From Eubacteriales bacterium (GTDB lineage: Bacteria; Bacillota; Clostridia; Oscillospirales; CAG-272), in assembly GCA_045613705.1 (NCBI GenBank), contig JAZLBM010000110.1, forward strand, positions 1 to 53,660: a stretch of 53,660 bases of DNA. Reading direction: 5' to 3'. Made by a program: the position numbers and the translations under genes. This document shows, one piece after another, positions 1 to 9,422 of this stretch (position 1 is the stretch's first letter; each line of letters begins with the position of its first letter). The notes beneath the pieces were generated by a model. It had not been told where the DNA came from. It did not search any database and saw only the letters and a list, made by a program, of their open reading frames with translations.

Positions 1-138
1 GACAAGTGCACCGTTAAGGCTTATAGCTCCAACGCGAAGTGGTTTGGCGTTACTTATGGCGACGATAAGCCCGTAGTTGTAAAGGGCATTCGCGAAATGA
101 TCGATGCGGGCGTATATCCCGACGGTCTTTGGAAATAA
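1..138 (+). CDS. 3' end of a CDS that starts upstream of the window; sugar-phosphate nucleotidyltransferase-like C-terminus (tentative)
   Basis: Frame 1 is open from base 1 to TAA 136-138 (...NAKWFGVTYGDDKPVVVKGIREMIDAGVYPDGLWK*). It lies 18 nt upstream of galE on the same strand. The family call rests only on recollection of similar C-termini. Confidence 0.4.
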   Translation, partial: DKCTVKAYSSNAKWFGVTYGDDKPVVVKGIREMIDAGVYPDGLWK

Positions 139-156
139 GAAAAGAGGTAAAATCAA

Positions 157-1170
157 ATGGCAATTCTTGTAACGGGTGGTACCGGCTTTATCGGTTCCCA
201 CACTCTCGTTGAGCTTCTGAACGACAACCGCGACGTGGTTGTTCTGGATAATTTCTGCAACAGTAAGCCTATCGTTCTGGATCGTATTCGTGAGATCACC
301 GGCAAGGACGTAAAGTTCTACGAGGCCGATCTTCTTGACTACGACGCAGTTGAAAAGGTTTTCCGGGAAAACAAGATCGACAGCGTGATCCATTTTGCAG
401 GTCTTAAGGCGGTTGGCGAGTCGGTTTCTATCCCTCTTCGTTACTATCACAACAATCTGACGGGCACCTTCAACCTTTGCTCCTTGATGCAGAAGTACGG
501 TGCAAAGCGTATGGTATTCAGCTCCTCCGCAACCGTTTACGGTAAGCCTGAGAGCGTACCGATCCGCGAGGATTTCCCCCTGTCCACCACCAACCCCTAC
601 GGCGAGACCAAGCTGATGATCGAGCGCATTCTGAAGGATCTTTACGTTTCCGATCCTGAGTTCAGCATCATCATTCTTCGCTATTTCAATCCCATCGGCG
701 CTCACAAGAGCGGTAGAATCGGCGAAGACCCCAAGGGTATTCCCAACAATCTGCTTCCTTACGTGACCCAGGTTGCTTCCGGTAAGAGAGATCATCTCTC
801 CATCTTCGGTAACGACTATGACACTCACGACGGCACGGGCGTGCGCGACTACATCCACGTAGTTGACCTTGCAAGAGCGCATCTGAAGGCCCTTGACCGC
901 GCCGCAAAGGTAACGGGTGTTGATTACTTCAACGTAGGTACCGGCGTCGGCTACTCGGTTCTTGACATTGTCAAGGCTTATGAGAAGGCTACCGGAATCT
1001 CCATTAAGTATGAATTCGCGCCCAGACGCCCCGGTGATATCGGCGAGTGCTATGCAGATCCCGCAAAGGCATACGAGCTTCTTGGCTGGAAGGCAGAGTA
1101 CAATATTGAAGATATGTGTCGCGATGCCAACAACTGGCAGATGAAGAATCCTGACGGTTACGGAGAATAA
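157..1170 (+). CDS. galE: UDP-glucose 4-epimerase
   Basis: 337 aa. Rossmann motif GGTGFIGSH, catalytic YGETK (YxxxK), full-length GalE-like sequence, AAGAGG RBS upstream of the ATG. Confidence 0.95.
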   Translation: MAILVTGGTGFIGSHTLVELLNDNRDVVVLDNFCNSKPIVLDRIREITGKDVKFYEADLLDYDAVEKVFRENKIDSVIHFAGLKAVGESVSIPLRYYHNNLTGTFNLCSLMQKYGAKRMVFSSSATVYGKPESVPIREDFPLSTTNPYGETKLMIERILKDLYVSDPEFSIIILRYFNPIGAHKSGRIGEDPKGIPNNLLPYVTQVASGKRDHLSIFGNDYDTHDGTGVRDYIHVVDLARAHLKALDRAAKVTGVDYFNVGTGVGYSVLDIVKAYEKATGISIKYEFAPRRPGDIGECYADPAKAYELLGWKAEYNIEDMCRDANNWQMKNPDGYGE

Positions 1171-1171
1171 G

Positions 1172-2233
1172 ATGAGCATCACCAAAAATCTGTTTGGAAC
1201 GCTTGAGGACGGTCGCGCCGTCTACGCTTACACCTTGACGAATAAGAACGGTATGCGCGTTGTGATCCTGGATCGCGGCGGCGTTATCTGTCAGCTTCAC
1301 GCTCCCGATAGGGCGGGAAGATTCGTTGACGTTGTAGGTGGATATGATAACCTGGATTATTACGTTAATGCTTCGGGCTATCAGGGCGCTCTCATCGGTC
1401 GGTTCGGTAACCGTATAGCAAATGCTGTATTTACCTTGGATGGCAAGGAGTATCCACTTTATGCCAACAACAACGGCAATCATCTTCACGGCGGCGAGTA
1501 TGGATTCAACAGTAAGATCTGGGACGTGATCGCGACGGACGGTGACGAGCCGACCTTGGCACTTTCCTATACCTCGCCCGACGGTGAGGAGGGCTATCCC
1601 GGAACACTTCGTGTCGACGTAACCTATCAGCTGACGGCGGATAACGCCCTCTCGATCCGGTACGTGGCCACTACCGATAAAAAAACCATTCTCAATCTTA
1701 CTAATCACGCGTACTTCAATCTGGGCGGTTATGCTTCGGGAACGGTTCGCAACCATCTTCTTCAGATGGACGCCGATAGTTATGTCAGAACCGACGAGAA
1801 ATTGATCCCAACGGGAGAGCTGGCAAGTGTTGATGGAACTCCCTTTGATTTCCGTGAAATGAAGGCGGTTGGCCGTGATATCGACGCTGATAACGTGGAT
1901 CTGAAGAACGCGGGTGGCTACGACCACTGCTTCAACTTCACAGGCGGCGAGACAAAGGAGCCCGTGCTTCGCGCCACATTGAAGGATCCCCGGTCGGGAC
2001 GTGTGATGAAGATGTACACCAATCAGCCTTGTGTGCAGTTGTATACAGGCAACTTCCTTACGGATGACGGCTATCCCTTCAAGGGTGGTCGCATCAAGGA
2101 AAAGCAGATGGCGCTGTGTCTTGAGACCCAGCATATGCCCGATAGCATCCACCACGATAATTTCACAAGCGTTGTTCTTGACGTTGGTGAGACCTATGAT
2201 TATACGACCATCTACGCATTTTCCGCAGAATAA
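1172..2233 (+). CDS. galM: aldose 1-epimerase (galactose mutarotase)
   Basis: 353 aa. NHLHGG and CLETQHMPDS motifs are typical of mutarotases. The ATG is 1 nt after the galE stop. Confidence 0.9.
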   Translation: MSITKNLFGTLEDGRAVYAYTLTNKNGMRVVILDRGGVICQLHAPDRAGRFVDVVGGYDNLDYYVNASGYQGALIGRFGNRIANAVFTLDGKEYPLYANNNGNHLHGGEYGFNSKIWDVIATDGDEPTLALSYTSPDGEEGYPGTLRVDVTYQLTADNALSIRYVATTDKKTILNLTNHAYFNLGGYASGTVRNHLLQMDADSYVRTDEKLIPTGELASVDGTPFDFREMKAVGRDIDADNVDLKNAGGYDHCFNFTGGETKEPVLRATLKDPRSGRVMKMYTNQPCVQLYTGNFLTDDGYPFKGGRIKEKQMALCLETQHMPDSIHHDNFTSVVLDVGETYDYTTIYAFSAE

Positions 2234-2240
2234 CAATTCA

Positions 2241-2265
2241 GCCCGCGCTAAAGCGCGGGCTTTTT
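2241..2265 (+). terminator. Rho-independent terminator after galM
   Basis: GCCCGCGC-TAAA-GCGCGGGC hairpin followed by TTTTT. Confidence 0.75.
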
Positions 2266-2327
2266 ACGTATAAATGGCGGAAGAACAAGCATATAGTGTA
2301 CCGAATCAATATGGGAGGAAGGGTACT

Positions 2328-3500
2328 ATGAAAGTGAAAATTTTGTCGTTTATTCTTGTATGTGCTATGCTGATAACTTGCTTGGTTGTTCCTGTGATGG
2401 CAGGAGACGCGGCTGAAGAGACGGTGGCGCAATCGTCTACATCTCTTGATCTTGCCTGCAAAAGCGCGATTTTAATGGATGCCGCTACGGGAGCGGTGCT
2501 TTACGAGCAGAATGCGGACGAGGCATTGCCGCCCGCATCAGTCACCAAGATCATGACGCTTCTCTTGGTGATGGAGGCAATTGACGCGGGCGCGATCAAG
2601 CTGGCGGATGTGGTAAGCACAAGTGCCAACGCGGCGTCTATGGGCGGCTCACAGATCTTCCTTGAGGAAGGAGAGCAGATGACTGTAGAGGATATGGTTA
2701 AGAGCGTGGTCATTTCCTCGGCCAACGATGCTGCTGTCGCCCTTGCCGAGTATGTGGCGGGTAGCGAGGAGTCATTTGTGGAGCGTATGAACAAGCGCGC
2801 CGAAGAGCTTGGCATGAAAAATACCCATTTTGAAAACACCAACGGGCTTGCCGACACGGTGGAAAATCACGTAACGTCGGCACGGGATATTGCCCTGATG
2901 TCCCGTGAGCTTATCAAGCACGACACCATTCTTAAATACAGCTCTATCTGGATGGACACCATCCGCGACGGCGCGTTTGGCCTTACCAACACCAATCGGT
3001 TGGTTCGCTTCTACAAGGACGCTACGGGGCTTAAAACGGGCTCCACGGCGAAGGCAGGCTTTTGCGTCAGTGCTACTGCGAAACGGGAAGGAATGCACCT
3101 TATCTGCGTGGTAATGGGTGCGGAGACCCGCGACATCCGCAACGCCATCGCAACGAAGCTTCTTGACTACGGCTTTGCAAGCTATTCGCTGTATCACGCC
3201 GACGGTCAGACGCTTGATGAGGTCAAGGTTCTTGGCGGTGTGGAAAGCACGTGCGGTATTTCCTACGGTGGATTTGACTGCATTATGCCAAAGGGAGCGG
3301 GGAAGAAGGTCACCTTTTCCATTGCGTTCGATGGAACGATCACGGCGCCCGTTAAGGTGGGAACCGAAGTGGGCAAGGTTGTTTACAGATCGGGCGAAGA
3401 GGTTCTTGGCGAGGTTCCCATTCTTACGACCGAGGAAATCGACAAAATCGATTTTTGGGGGCTCGTGGGGCGCATTCTTATGGGAATATTTATGAAATAA
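2328..3500 (+). CDS. D-alanyl-D-alanine carboxypeptidase (S11 penicillin-binding protein)
   Basis: 390 aa from ATG 2328, which follows a GGGAGGAAGG RBS (the ORF-track start at 2274 has none). N-terminal signal/TM segment [25 protein letters not shown]. SxxK (SVTK), SxN (SAND) and KTG (KTGST) motifs. Confidence 0.85.
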   Translation: MKVKILSFILVCAMLITCLVVPVMAGDAAEETVAQSSTSLDLACKSAILMDAATGAVLYEQNADEALPPASVTKIMTLLLVMEAIDAGAIKLADVVSTSANAASMGGSQIFLEEGEQMTVEDMVKSVVISSANDAAVALAEYVAGSEESFVERMNKRAEELGMKNTHFENTNGLADTVENHVTSARDIALMSRELIKHDTILKYSSIWMDTIRDGAFGLTNTNRLVRFYKDATGLKTGSTAKAGFCVSATAKREGMHLICVVMGAETRDIRNAIATKLLDYGFASYSLYHADGQTLDEVKVLGGVESTCGISYGGFDCIMPKGAGKKVTFSIAFDGTITAPVKVGTEVGKVVYRSGEEVLGEVPILTTEEIDKIDFWGLVGRILMGIFMK

Positions 3501-3580
3501 ATTTTGAAAAACCCTTGAAAACGCCACAGGAATGTAGTAGAATAAAAGAAATCAAATCTCCAAAAAGAGGTACATCAACA

Positions 3581-4918
3581 ATGACTTTAAAACTGAATGA
3601 AAATTACGTAAACGGATTCATCCGCGACGCGGAGTATGACAACATTCAGCCTATGGTAACGGCGGCTCACGAGATGCTTACAAGCAGAACGGGCGCGGGT
3701 AACGATTTCCTTGGCTGGACCACGCTTCCGTTTGACTATGATAAAGAGGAGTTTGCTCGCATTAAAGAGTGCGCAAAGAAGGTCAAGGATCTGTGTGACG
3801 TGTTTATCGTCATCGGCATCGGCGGCTCTTATCTCGGTGCCCGTGCTGCCATTGAGTTCGTTCGTTCTCCCCTTTATAACAATATGAAGAAGGATACGCC
3901 CGACATCTATTTCTCGGGCTGTAATATCAGCGCAGAGGCACTCTCCGAGCTTCTCGCCATTTGCGAGGGCAGAGACGTTTGTATCAACGTAATTTCCAAG
4001 TCCGGCACTACCACCGAGCCTGCGGTTGCCTTCCGTGTATTCCGCGAGCTTCTGGAAAAGAAGTATGGCGTGGACGGTGCACGCGAGAGAATTTTCGTAA
4101 CCACCGACAAGGCGCGCGGAACTCTCAAGAAGTTCTCCGACGAGCGCGGCTATGAAACCTTCGTCGTTCCGGATGACGTTGGCGGTCGTTTTTCTGTTTT
4201 GACCGCGGTTGGTCTTCTTCCCATTGCCGTTGCGGGCATTGACGTGGATGCTCTTATGAAGGGCGCGCAGGATGCGGCGAAGGCATACGGCGATCCCGAC
4301 ATCCGCAAGAACGATTGCTACAAGTACGCGGCTATGCGTAATATCCTTTACCGCAAGGGTAAGACTACCGAGATCCTGGTTGGCTACGAGCCTTCTAACC
4401 AGATGATGAACGAGTGGTGGAAGCAGCTCTTCGGCGAAAGCGAAGGTAAGGATCAGAGAGGCATTTATCCCTCTTCCGTCATCTTCTCCACCGACCTTCA
4501 CTCTCTTGGTCAGTACATTCAGGACGGTGTTCGTAACATTTTTGAGACTGTTCTCAACGTGGAAAGCACCGGCTATACCCTTGAGATCCCCTACGATGCA
4601 GAAAACGTAGACGGTTTGAATTTCCTTGCGGGCATGGATCTCAATAAGGTAAACAAGACCGCAATGCAGGGAACTCTCCTTGCTCACGTAGACGGCGGCG
4701 TTCCCAATATCGTCATCGATCTTGAGGACAAGAGCGAGCATTCTCTCGGTTACTTGATTTACTTCTTCGAGCTTGCTTGCGCGATCTCCGGCTATGTCCT
4801 TGGCGTGAACCCCTTTGATCAGCCCGGCGTTGAGGCTTACAAGAAGAATATGTTCGCTCTTTTGGGCAAGCCCGGCTACGAGGCCGAGCGCGAAGCGCTT
4901 CAGAAGCGTATCAAGTAA
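3581..4918 (+). CDS. pgi: glucose-6-phosphate isomerase
   Basis: 445 aa from ATG 3581 (AAAGAGG RBS). Full-length resemblance to Firmicute-type Pgi ([36 protein letters not shown]). Confidence 0.95.
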   Translation: MTLKLNENYVNGFIRDAEYDNIQPMVTAAHEMLTSRTGAGNDFLGWTTLPFDYDKEEFARIKECAKKVKDLCDVFIVIGIGGSYLGARAAIEFVRSPLYNNMKKDTPDIYFSGCNISAEALSELLAICEGRDVCINVISKSGTTTEPAVAFRVFRELLEKKYGVDGARERIFVTTDKARGTLKKFSDERGYETFVVPDDVGGRFSVLTAVGLLPIAVAGIDVDALMKGAQDAAKAYGDPDIRKNDCYKYAAMRNILYRKGKTTEILVGYEPSNQMMNEWWKQLFGESEGKDQRGIYPSSVIFSTDLHSLGQYIQDGVRNIFETVLNVESTGYTLEIPYDAENVDGLNFLAGMDLNKVNKTAMQGTLLAHVDGGVPNIVIDLEDKSEHSLGYLIYFFELACAISGYVLGVNPFDQPGVEAYKKNMFALLGKPGYEAEREALQKRIK

Positions 4919-4956
4919 ACACCTGCAAATTTTTCGGAATATTTTTCGAAAAGCCC

Positions 4957-4985
4957 TTGATTTTTCAGGGCAGGTGTTGTATAAT
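4957..4985 (+). promoter_or_regulatory. sigma-A-type promoter for the 5030 gene
   Basis: TTGATT (4957-4962), 17-nt spacer, TATAAT (4980-4985), about 45 nt upstream of ATG 5030. Confidence 0.5.
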
Positions 4986-5029
4986 ATATCCAACCAAGAA
5001 ATTGGGGAAAGAAAACGGAGGTATCCCAC

Positions 5030-5437
5030 ATGTTGAAATTAATTATCGGTGTAAAGGGAACAGGAAAAACAAAGGCACTTATCAGTATGGTAAACGAGGC
5101 CGTTGACGCTTCGCACGGCGACGTTGTATGTATTGAAAAGGGAACGAAACTCCGCTTTGATATCAAGTATCAGGCAAGATTGATAAATACAGAGGAGTAC
5201 TGCATTGAGGACGCCAGCGCATTGTACGGCTTCGTTGCAGGTATTCTGGCAAGCAATCACGACGTAACCGATCTGTTTGTTGACTCTGCGCTGAAGATCT
5301 GCAAGAACGATGTTGCTGAGTTTGAGAAGATGGTTGTTGCTCTTGATAAGCTTCTTGCGGATTCTACCGTAAAGGTTACCATCACCTCCTCGATTCCTGT
5401 TGAAGAGGCTTCTGACGTAGTTAAGAAGTATCTTTGA
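5030..5437 (+). CDS. small stand-alone P-loop NTPase-like protein (function unknown)
   Basis: 135 aa. Walker A-like GVKGTGKT at residues 7-14 and a possible Walker B at DLFVDS. AGGT RBS region, own promoter and terminator. Confidence 0.6.
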   Translation: MLKLIIGVKGTGKTKALISMVNEAVDASHGDVVCIEKGTKLRFDIKYQARLINTEEYCIEDASALYGFVAGILASNHDVTDLFVDSALKICKNDVAEFEKMVVALDKLLADSTVKVTITSSIPVEEASDVVKKYL

Positions 5438-5455
5438 TCCAACCAATTCCATCAC

Positions 5456-5490
5456 AAGGGCTGTTGCATCGTAACAGCTCTTGTTTTTTT
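5456..5490 (+). terminator. Rho-independent terminator
   Basis: GGGCTGTT-GCATCG-TAACAGCTC imperfect hairpin followed by TTGTTTTTTT. Confidence 0.65.
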
Positions 5491-5562
5491 GTGAAATCTA
5501 TATACACAAGATGATTTTTGTGTTATAATGAGAAAAATACCGCAAAGGGGACGATTGGCAAA

Positions 5563-6738
5563 ATGGACTTTGTTGTAAAGAAAGAATATGATGTCGTTGT
5601 AGTTGGCGGAGGCGTTGCCGGAATCGCTGCATCTGTTGCCGCCGCGCGCAAAGGTGCATCTGTACTTTTACTTGAGAAAAGCGTGAATCTTGGTGGTCTC
5701 GCCACCATTGGACTTATTAGCTGGTACGAGCCTCTTTGTGACGGCGAGGGCAATCAGATGATAGCTTCCATTGCTGAGGAGCTCATCAAGCTTACAGCGA
5801 AGTACGGTTTCGACAGCATCCCCGAGCAATGGGGCGGCGAGGGTCCTTGTAAGAACGAGAGAGTTCGCTATACAAGCCGATTCTCCCCCACAATCTTTAT
5901 GCTCGCGCTTGACAGATATATGGATGAAAACGGCGTTGAGGTTCTTTACGACGCCTTGGCAACCTATCCCGATATGGATGGCGGTCATTGTAACGGCGTT
6001 ATTGTGGAAACGGTTGGCGGCACCGAGTATTACGGCGCAAAATACGTGATTGATGCCACGGGAACCGCCGTGATCATGAAGCGCGCAGGTGTCCCCACGG
6101 TAGACGGACTCAATTATATGTCTTACGTCGCGCACGGCTTTACCTATGAAGGTGCCAAGAAATACGTAGAGACCCAAAACATCAAAGCGTTCCGCACGTG
6201 GCTCAGCTCCGGAAGCAATCTTTACGGTGTTGGTCACCCCGAGGGAATGCCTATGGTAAAGGGAACTACGTCGGCTGACGTAACCTGGTTTGTAAAAGAA
6301 GGAAAACGCAGAATGCTGGAAAAGCTTGAAACGTCCGATCGCTTATCCCGCGATCTCATGGATATTCCCACGATGCCTCAGTATCGCAAGATTTGCCGCA
6401 TCGAAGGCGAATACGTTTTCATGGGAAATGAGTTTGACGTGAAGTTCGACGATGCCATTGGCTCTTGCGGTGATTTCCGCAAAGCGGGAAGCCATTTCCA
6501 GATTCCGTACCGTTGTCTTTACCATGGAAAATTCGACAATCTTCTTGCCGCGGGTCGCATCATCAGCGCCGAGGACGAAGGCTGGGAGGTTACCCGCGTG
6601 ATCCCCGTTGCCGCAATGACGGGCGAGGCCGCCGGTGTTGCCGCCGCGCTGTGTGTGAAGAGTAATTGTGCGGTAAGCGAGCTGGATATTGGTTTGCTCC
6701 AGGAAAAGCTGAAGGAAAACGGCGTTATATTCAGATAA
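5563..6738 (+). CDS. FAD-dependent oxidoreductase
   Basis: 391 aa from ATG 5563 (AAGGGGA RBS). N-terminal dinucleotide-binding motif VVVVGGGVAGIAASVAAARKGASVLLLEK. Confidence 0.85.
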   Translation: MDFVVKKEYDVVVVGGGVAGIAASVAAARKGASVLLLEKSVNLGGLATIGLISWYEPLCDGEGNQMIASIAEELIKLTAKYGFDSIPEQWGGEGPCKNERVRYTSRFSPTIFMLALDRYMDENGVEVLYDALATYPDMDGGHCNGVIVETVGGTEYYGAKYVIDATGTAVIMKRAGVPTVDGLNYMSYVAHGFTYEGAKKYVETQNIKAFRTWLSSGSNLYGVGHPEGMPMVKGTTSADVTWFVKEGKRRMLEKLETSDRLSRDLMDIPTMPQYRKICRIEGEYVFMGNEFDVKFDDAIGSCGDFRKAGSHFQIPYRCLYHGKFDNLLAAGRIISAEDEGWEVTRVIPVAAMTGEAAGVAAALCVKSNCAVSELDIGLLQEKLKENGVIFR

Positions 6739-6744
6739 ATAGAA

Positions 6745-6774
6745 ACTGCGGTCAAATGCGGCCGCAGTTTTTTA
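6745..6774 (+). terminator. Rho-independent terminator
   Basis: CTGCGG-TCAAATGCGG-CCGCAG hairpin followed by TTTTTT. Confidence 0.7.
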
Positions 6775-6818
6775 GATGCACAAAGGACACAAATTTAAAA
6801 TAATTTTAGAAAAAACAC

Positions 6819-6847
6819 TTGCAATTTTCTGCAAACTGTGATATAAT
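6819..6847 (+). promoter_or_regulatory. sigma-A-type promoter for tRNA-Val
   Basis: TTGCAA (6819-6824), 17-nt spacer, TATAAT (6842-6847), 16 nt upstream of the tRNA 5' end. Confidence 0.6.
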
Positions 6848-6863
6848 AAGCGAGTCGAATCGT

Positions 6864-6940
6864 GGAGGCATAGCTCAGCTGGTTAGAGTACATGCTTGAC
6901 ATGCATGGGGTCACTGGTTCGATTCCAGTTGTCTCCACCA
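6864..6940 (+). tRNA. tRNA-Val (anticodon GAC), CCA encoded
   Basis: 77 nt, folded by hand. Acceptor GGAGGCA/TGTCTCC (one G-U). D arm GCTC..GAGT. Anticodon stem CATGC/GCATG with loop TTGACAT. 5-nt variable loop. T arm ACTGG-TTCGATT-CCAGT. Discriminator A plus CCA. Confidence 0.9.
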
Positions 6941-6943
6941 ATC

Positions 6944-6976
6944 AAGCACCTGCAAACTGTTGTGGGTGCTTTTCTA
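6944..6976 (+). terminator. Rho-independent terminator after tRNA-Val
   Basis: AAGCACC ... GGTGCTT hairpin followed by TTTCT. Confidence 0.6.
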
Positions 6977-7018
6977 TTCAGAGTTTGCTGATTCGAACAC
7001 CCAAAAGGAGGATCTAAA

Positions 7019-8536
7019 ATGAAAACGTTCACAAAAATCGTAGCGCCAATGCTTGCGCTGATGATGCTTGTTGCCTCTTTTTCGGCATGTGGGGGTGAGG
7101 TGCCCTCCGAGACAGAAAGCGTGAAAGAAGAGACAGAGCAAACGCCGGAGTCCGAGAATTCGTCGGGCGCATATGTAAAGGACGACGTCCCCGAGGACCT
7201 TCGTTTCGATGGCCAAGCCGTCACCTTCTTTACCCGAGATGATACGGAAGCGTGGTTGTACGAAATGGACGTTGACCGCATTTTGAATGATACGCTTTTT
7301 GATGCGATCTACTACAGAAACTTAACTGTAGAAGAGAGATTGGGCGTTCAGATCAAAACCATTCACGCAAAAGGCGGACCTAACTATTATTCCGCTTGGA
7401 ATGATGCGTACAGAACTGCGGTAAATACCAAATCGGGCGATTTTGACGCGGCAGCTATGCATATGTCGCAAGGATCCGTTTTGGCTGTGGAAGGACTTTT
7501 CTACAACGTTGTCGATTTCCCCTACATCTCCTTGGATAAGCCTTGGTGGAATCAGACGCTTCGTGAGGAACTGACCCAGTTCAATACCCTGTATTATCTG
7601 GCAGGTGATATCACCATTTCTCAGATCTACTGTGGTGTGGCGGTATTTTATAACAAAGATCTGCTTGACAAGTATTTTGCAACCGACAACATTGATCTGT
7701 ACAAGGTAGTAGAGGATCAGAAGTGGACGATTGACTACATGTATGATCTCGTCGTAGGTGTTCACGAGGACGTTGACGGAAGCGGAACGATTAATGACGG
7801 AGACGTTGTCGGATATCTTGAGGCTGATTTTGCAACCACGGGTGAAGCAAACCGTGACGCTTGGATTGCCGCGTGTGGAATCGATATCACGCAGACGGTA
7901 GGCAAAATGCCCGAGTACACCTTCTATAGCGCACGCACGGTAGATGCGTTTGAAAAGGTAAAGCGTCTCGCGCTGTCCGCAGGCTCTCTTTGCCTGAGCG
8001 ATCCTGAGCGCACCAGGTTTGAAAACGGAAACGTACTTTTCGACGTGGATAGATTGAGCGCCGGTTCTCAGTTCCGCAATATGGAAAACCGATACGGCGT
8101 TCTTCCTCTTCCGATGTATGAAGAGAATCAGGAGGGCGGATATCATACGGTCGTATTTAACGGTGCTTCGATGACAACCATCCCGTCTTCTCTTGTCAAC
8201 GACAAAAAAGAAGTAGTTGGCGCAACGTTGGAGCTGATGGCTGCAGAGTCCTACCGACAGGTAAGACCCGCATACTGCGAGATCGCCCTCAAGGCCAAAT
8301 ATTCGGATGATCTTCAGGATGCCGCAATGTACGACTTGATCATCGATTCGTTCCAGTACAGCTTTGGCTACATGTATTCCACCAAGAGCCTCGGTGGAAT
8401 CGGATCTCTGTTCCGCAATTATTCTATAGACATTGCGCAGAAGTGGGAAGAGAACAGCGAAATGTACCAGGAGAAATTGGACCTCCTTATTGACGGATTG
8501 GATGAAGCATCCTTTATTGCAAATTACGGTAAATAA
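7019..8536 (+). CDS. ABC transporter extracellular solute-binding lipoprotein (carbohydrate type)
   Basis: 505 aa. AAAAGGAGGA RBS. Lipoprotein signal peptide with lipobox (LVASFSAC). Size and composition fit family-1-like sugar-binding proteins. No permease genes are adjacent. Confidence 0.8.
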   Translation: MKTFTKIVAPMLALMMLVASFSACGGEVPSETESVKEETEQTPESENSSGAYVKDDVPEDLRFDGQAVTFFTRDDTEAWLYEMDVDRILNDTLFDAIYYRNLTVEERLGVQIKTIHAKGGPNYYSAWNDAYRTAVNTKSGDFDAAAMHMSQGSVLAVEGLFYNVVDFPYISLDKPWWNQTLREELTQFNTLYYLAGDITISQIYCGVAVFYNKDLLDKYFATDNIDLYKVVEDQKWTIDYMYDLVVGVHEDVDGSGTINDGDVVGYLEADFATTGEANRDAWIAACGIDITQTVGKMPEYTFYSARTVDAFEKVKRLALSAGSLCLSDPERTRFENGNVLFDVDRLSAGSQFRNMENRYGVLPLPMYEENQEGGYHTVVFNGASMTTIPSSLVNDKKEVVGATLELMAAESYRQVRPAYCEIALKAKYSDDLQDAAMYDLIIDSFQYSFGYMYSTKSLGGIGSLFRNYSIDIAQKWEENSEMYQEKLDLLIDGLDEASFIANYGK

Positions 8537-8543
8537 TGAAACC

Positions 8544-8575
8544 AAAATCCCTCGGCTGACGCCGAGGGATTTTTC
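8544..8575. terminator. bidirectional terminator between convergent genes
   Basis: AAAATCCCTCGGC-TGAC-GCCGAGGGATTTTT, with an A-run and a T-run on either side. Confidence 0.75.
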
Positions 8576-8582
8576 ATATATA

Positions 8583-9422
8583 TCAGTTTCGTTTGAGGAT
8601 CTTTTCAACAAAGAAACAAATAAGAAAGGCGAAAATATCCGCTACAACGATCGTGGCTCCCGCGGGCGTTTCCGCAAGAATGGAGACACACAGCCCGAGC
8701 GCGGCACAGATGACGGAAAGAATCGCCGAGCAAAGCACGACAGACTTGAAATTTTTGAAAAGACGCATAGAGGAAAGCGCAGGGAAAATAACCAACGCCG
8801 CGATCAAAAGAGATCCGACCAGTCGCATAGCAAGAACGATGACGATGGCGGTGACTGAGGCAATCAGCAAATTGTATGCGCCGGAAGCAACACCGGACGC
8901 CTTGGCAAAGCTTTCATCAAAGGTTACCGCAAAGATCTTGTGATAGAAAAGAAGGTACATTAGAAGCACCAAGGCTGAAAGAACCACACAAGTAACAACG
9001 TCGGCGGTAGACAAGGTCAAGAACCGAGTAGAACCGAACAACGTTGTACAAACGTCTCCCGACACGTTTGAAGAGGAAGAGAAGACGTTAAGAAGAAGAT
9101 AACCGAGAGCCAGCGAACCGACCGAGATCATAGCCAGCGCGGCGTCTCCTTTGATCTTGGCGTTTTGTCCCATTCGCAAAAGAAGGACGGCTGAAAGAAT
9201 AGTGATCGGCAAAACGATGATCATACTGTTTGAAACGTTTGCCACGGTGGCAATAGCGATGGCGCCAAAGGCCACGTGAGAGAGGCCGTCGCCGATATAG
9301 GAATACCGCTTCAGAACTAGCGTCACACCGAGCAAAGAGGCACACAGTGATACGAGAATGCCAACGATCAGAGCGTGGCGTACGAAGGGGAACTGAAGGT
9401 ACGTAAACAGTTGATTAAGCAT
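8583..9422 (-). CDS. znuB: metal (zinc-type) ABC transporter permease
   Basis: 279 aa, polytopic, ABC-3 family-like. Third gene of the SBP-ATPase-permease operon. Overlaps the upstream ATPase gene by 8 nt. Confidence 0.8.
   Translation of the reverse strand: MLNQLFTYLQFPFVRHALIVGILVSLCASLLGVTLVLKRYSYIGDGLSHVAFGAIAIATVANVSNSMIIVLPITILSAVLLLRMGQNAKIKGDAALAMISVGSLALGYLLLNVFSSSSNVSGDVCTTLFGSTRFLTLSTADVVTCVVLSALVLLMYLLFYHKIFAVTFDESFAKASGVASGAYNLLIASVTAIVIVLAMRLVGSLLIAALVIFPALSSMRLFKNFKSVVLCSAILSVICAALGLCVSILAETPAGATIVVADIFAFLICFFVEKILKRN

Noticed and set aside
1004-2236. 410-aa minus-strand ORF
   Set aside because: It is an antisense shadow of galM and the 3' end of galE.
4920-4978. Long-range inverted repeat ACACCTGC ... 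GCAGGTGT after pgi, considered as a structured RNA
   Set aside because: It is most simply a loose pgi terminator-like structure overlapping the promoter of the next gene (TTGATT-17-TATAAT). It has no conserved-looking internal motifs.
3587-5029. 480-aa minus-strand ORF
   Set aside because: It is a codon-aligned antisense shadow of pgi, and the plus-strand product is unmistakably glucose-6-phosphate isomerase.
7322-8611. 429-aa minus-strand ORF
   Set aside because: It is an antisense shadow of the solute-binding lipoprotein gene.
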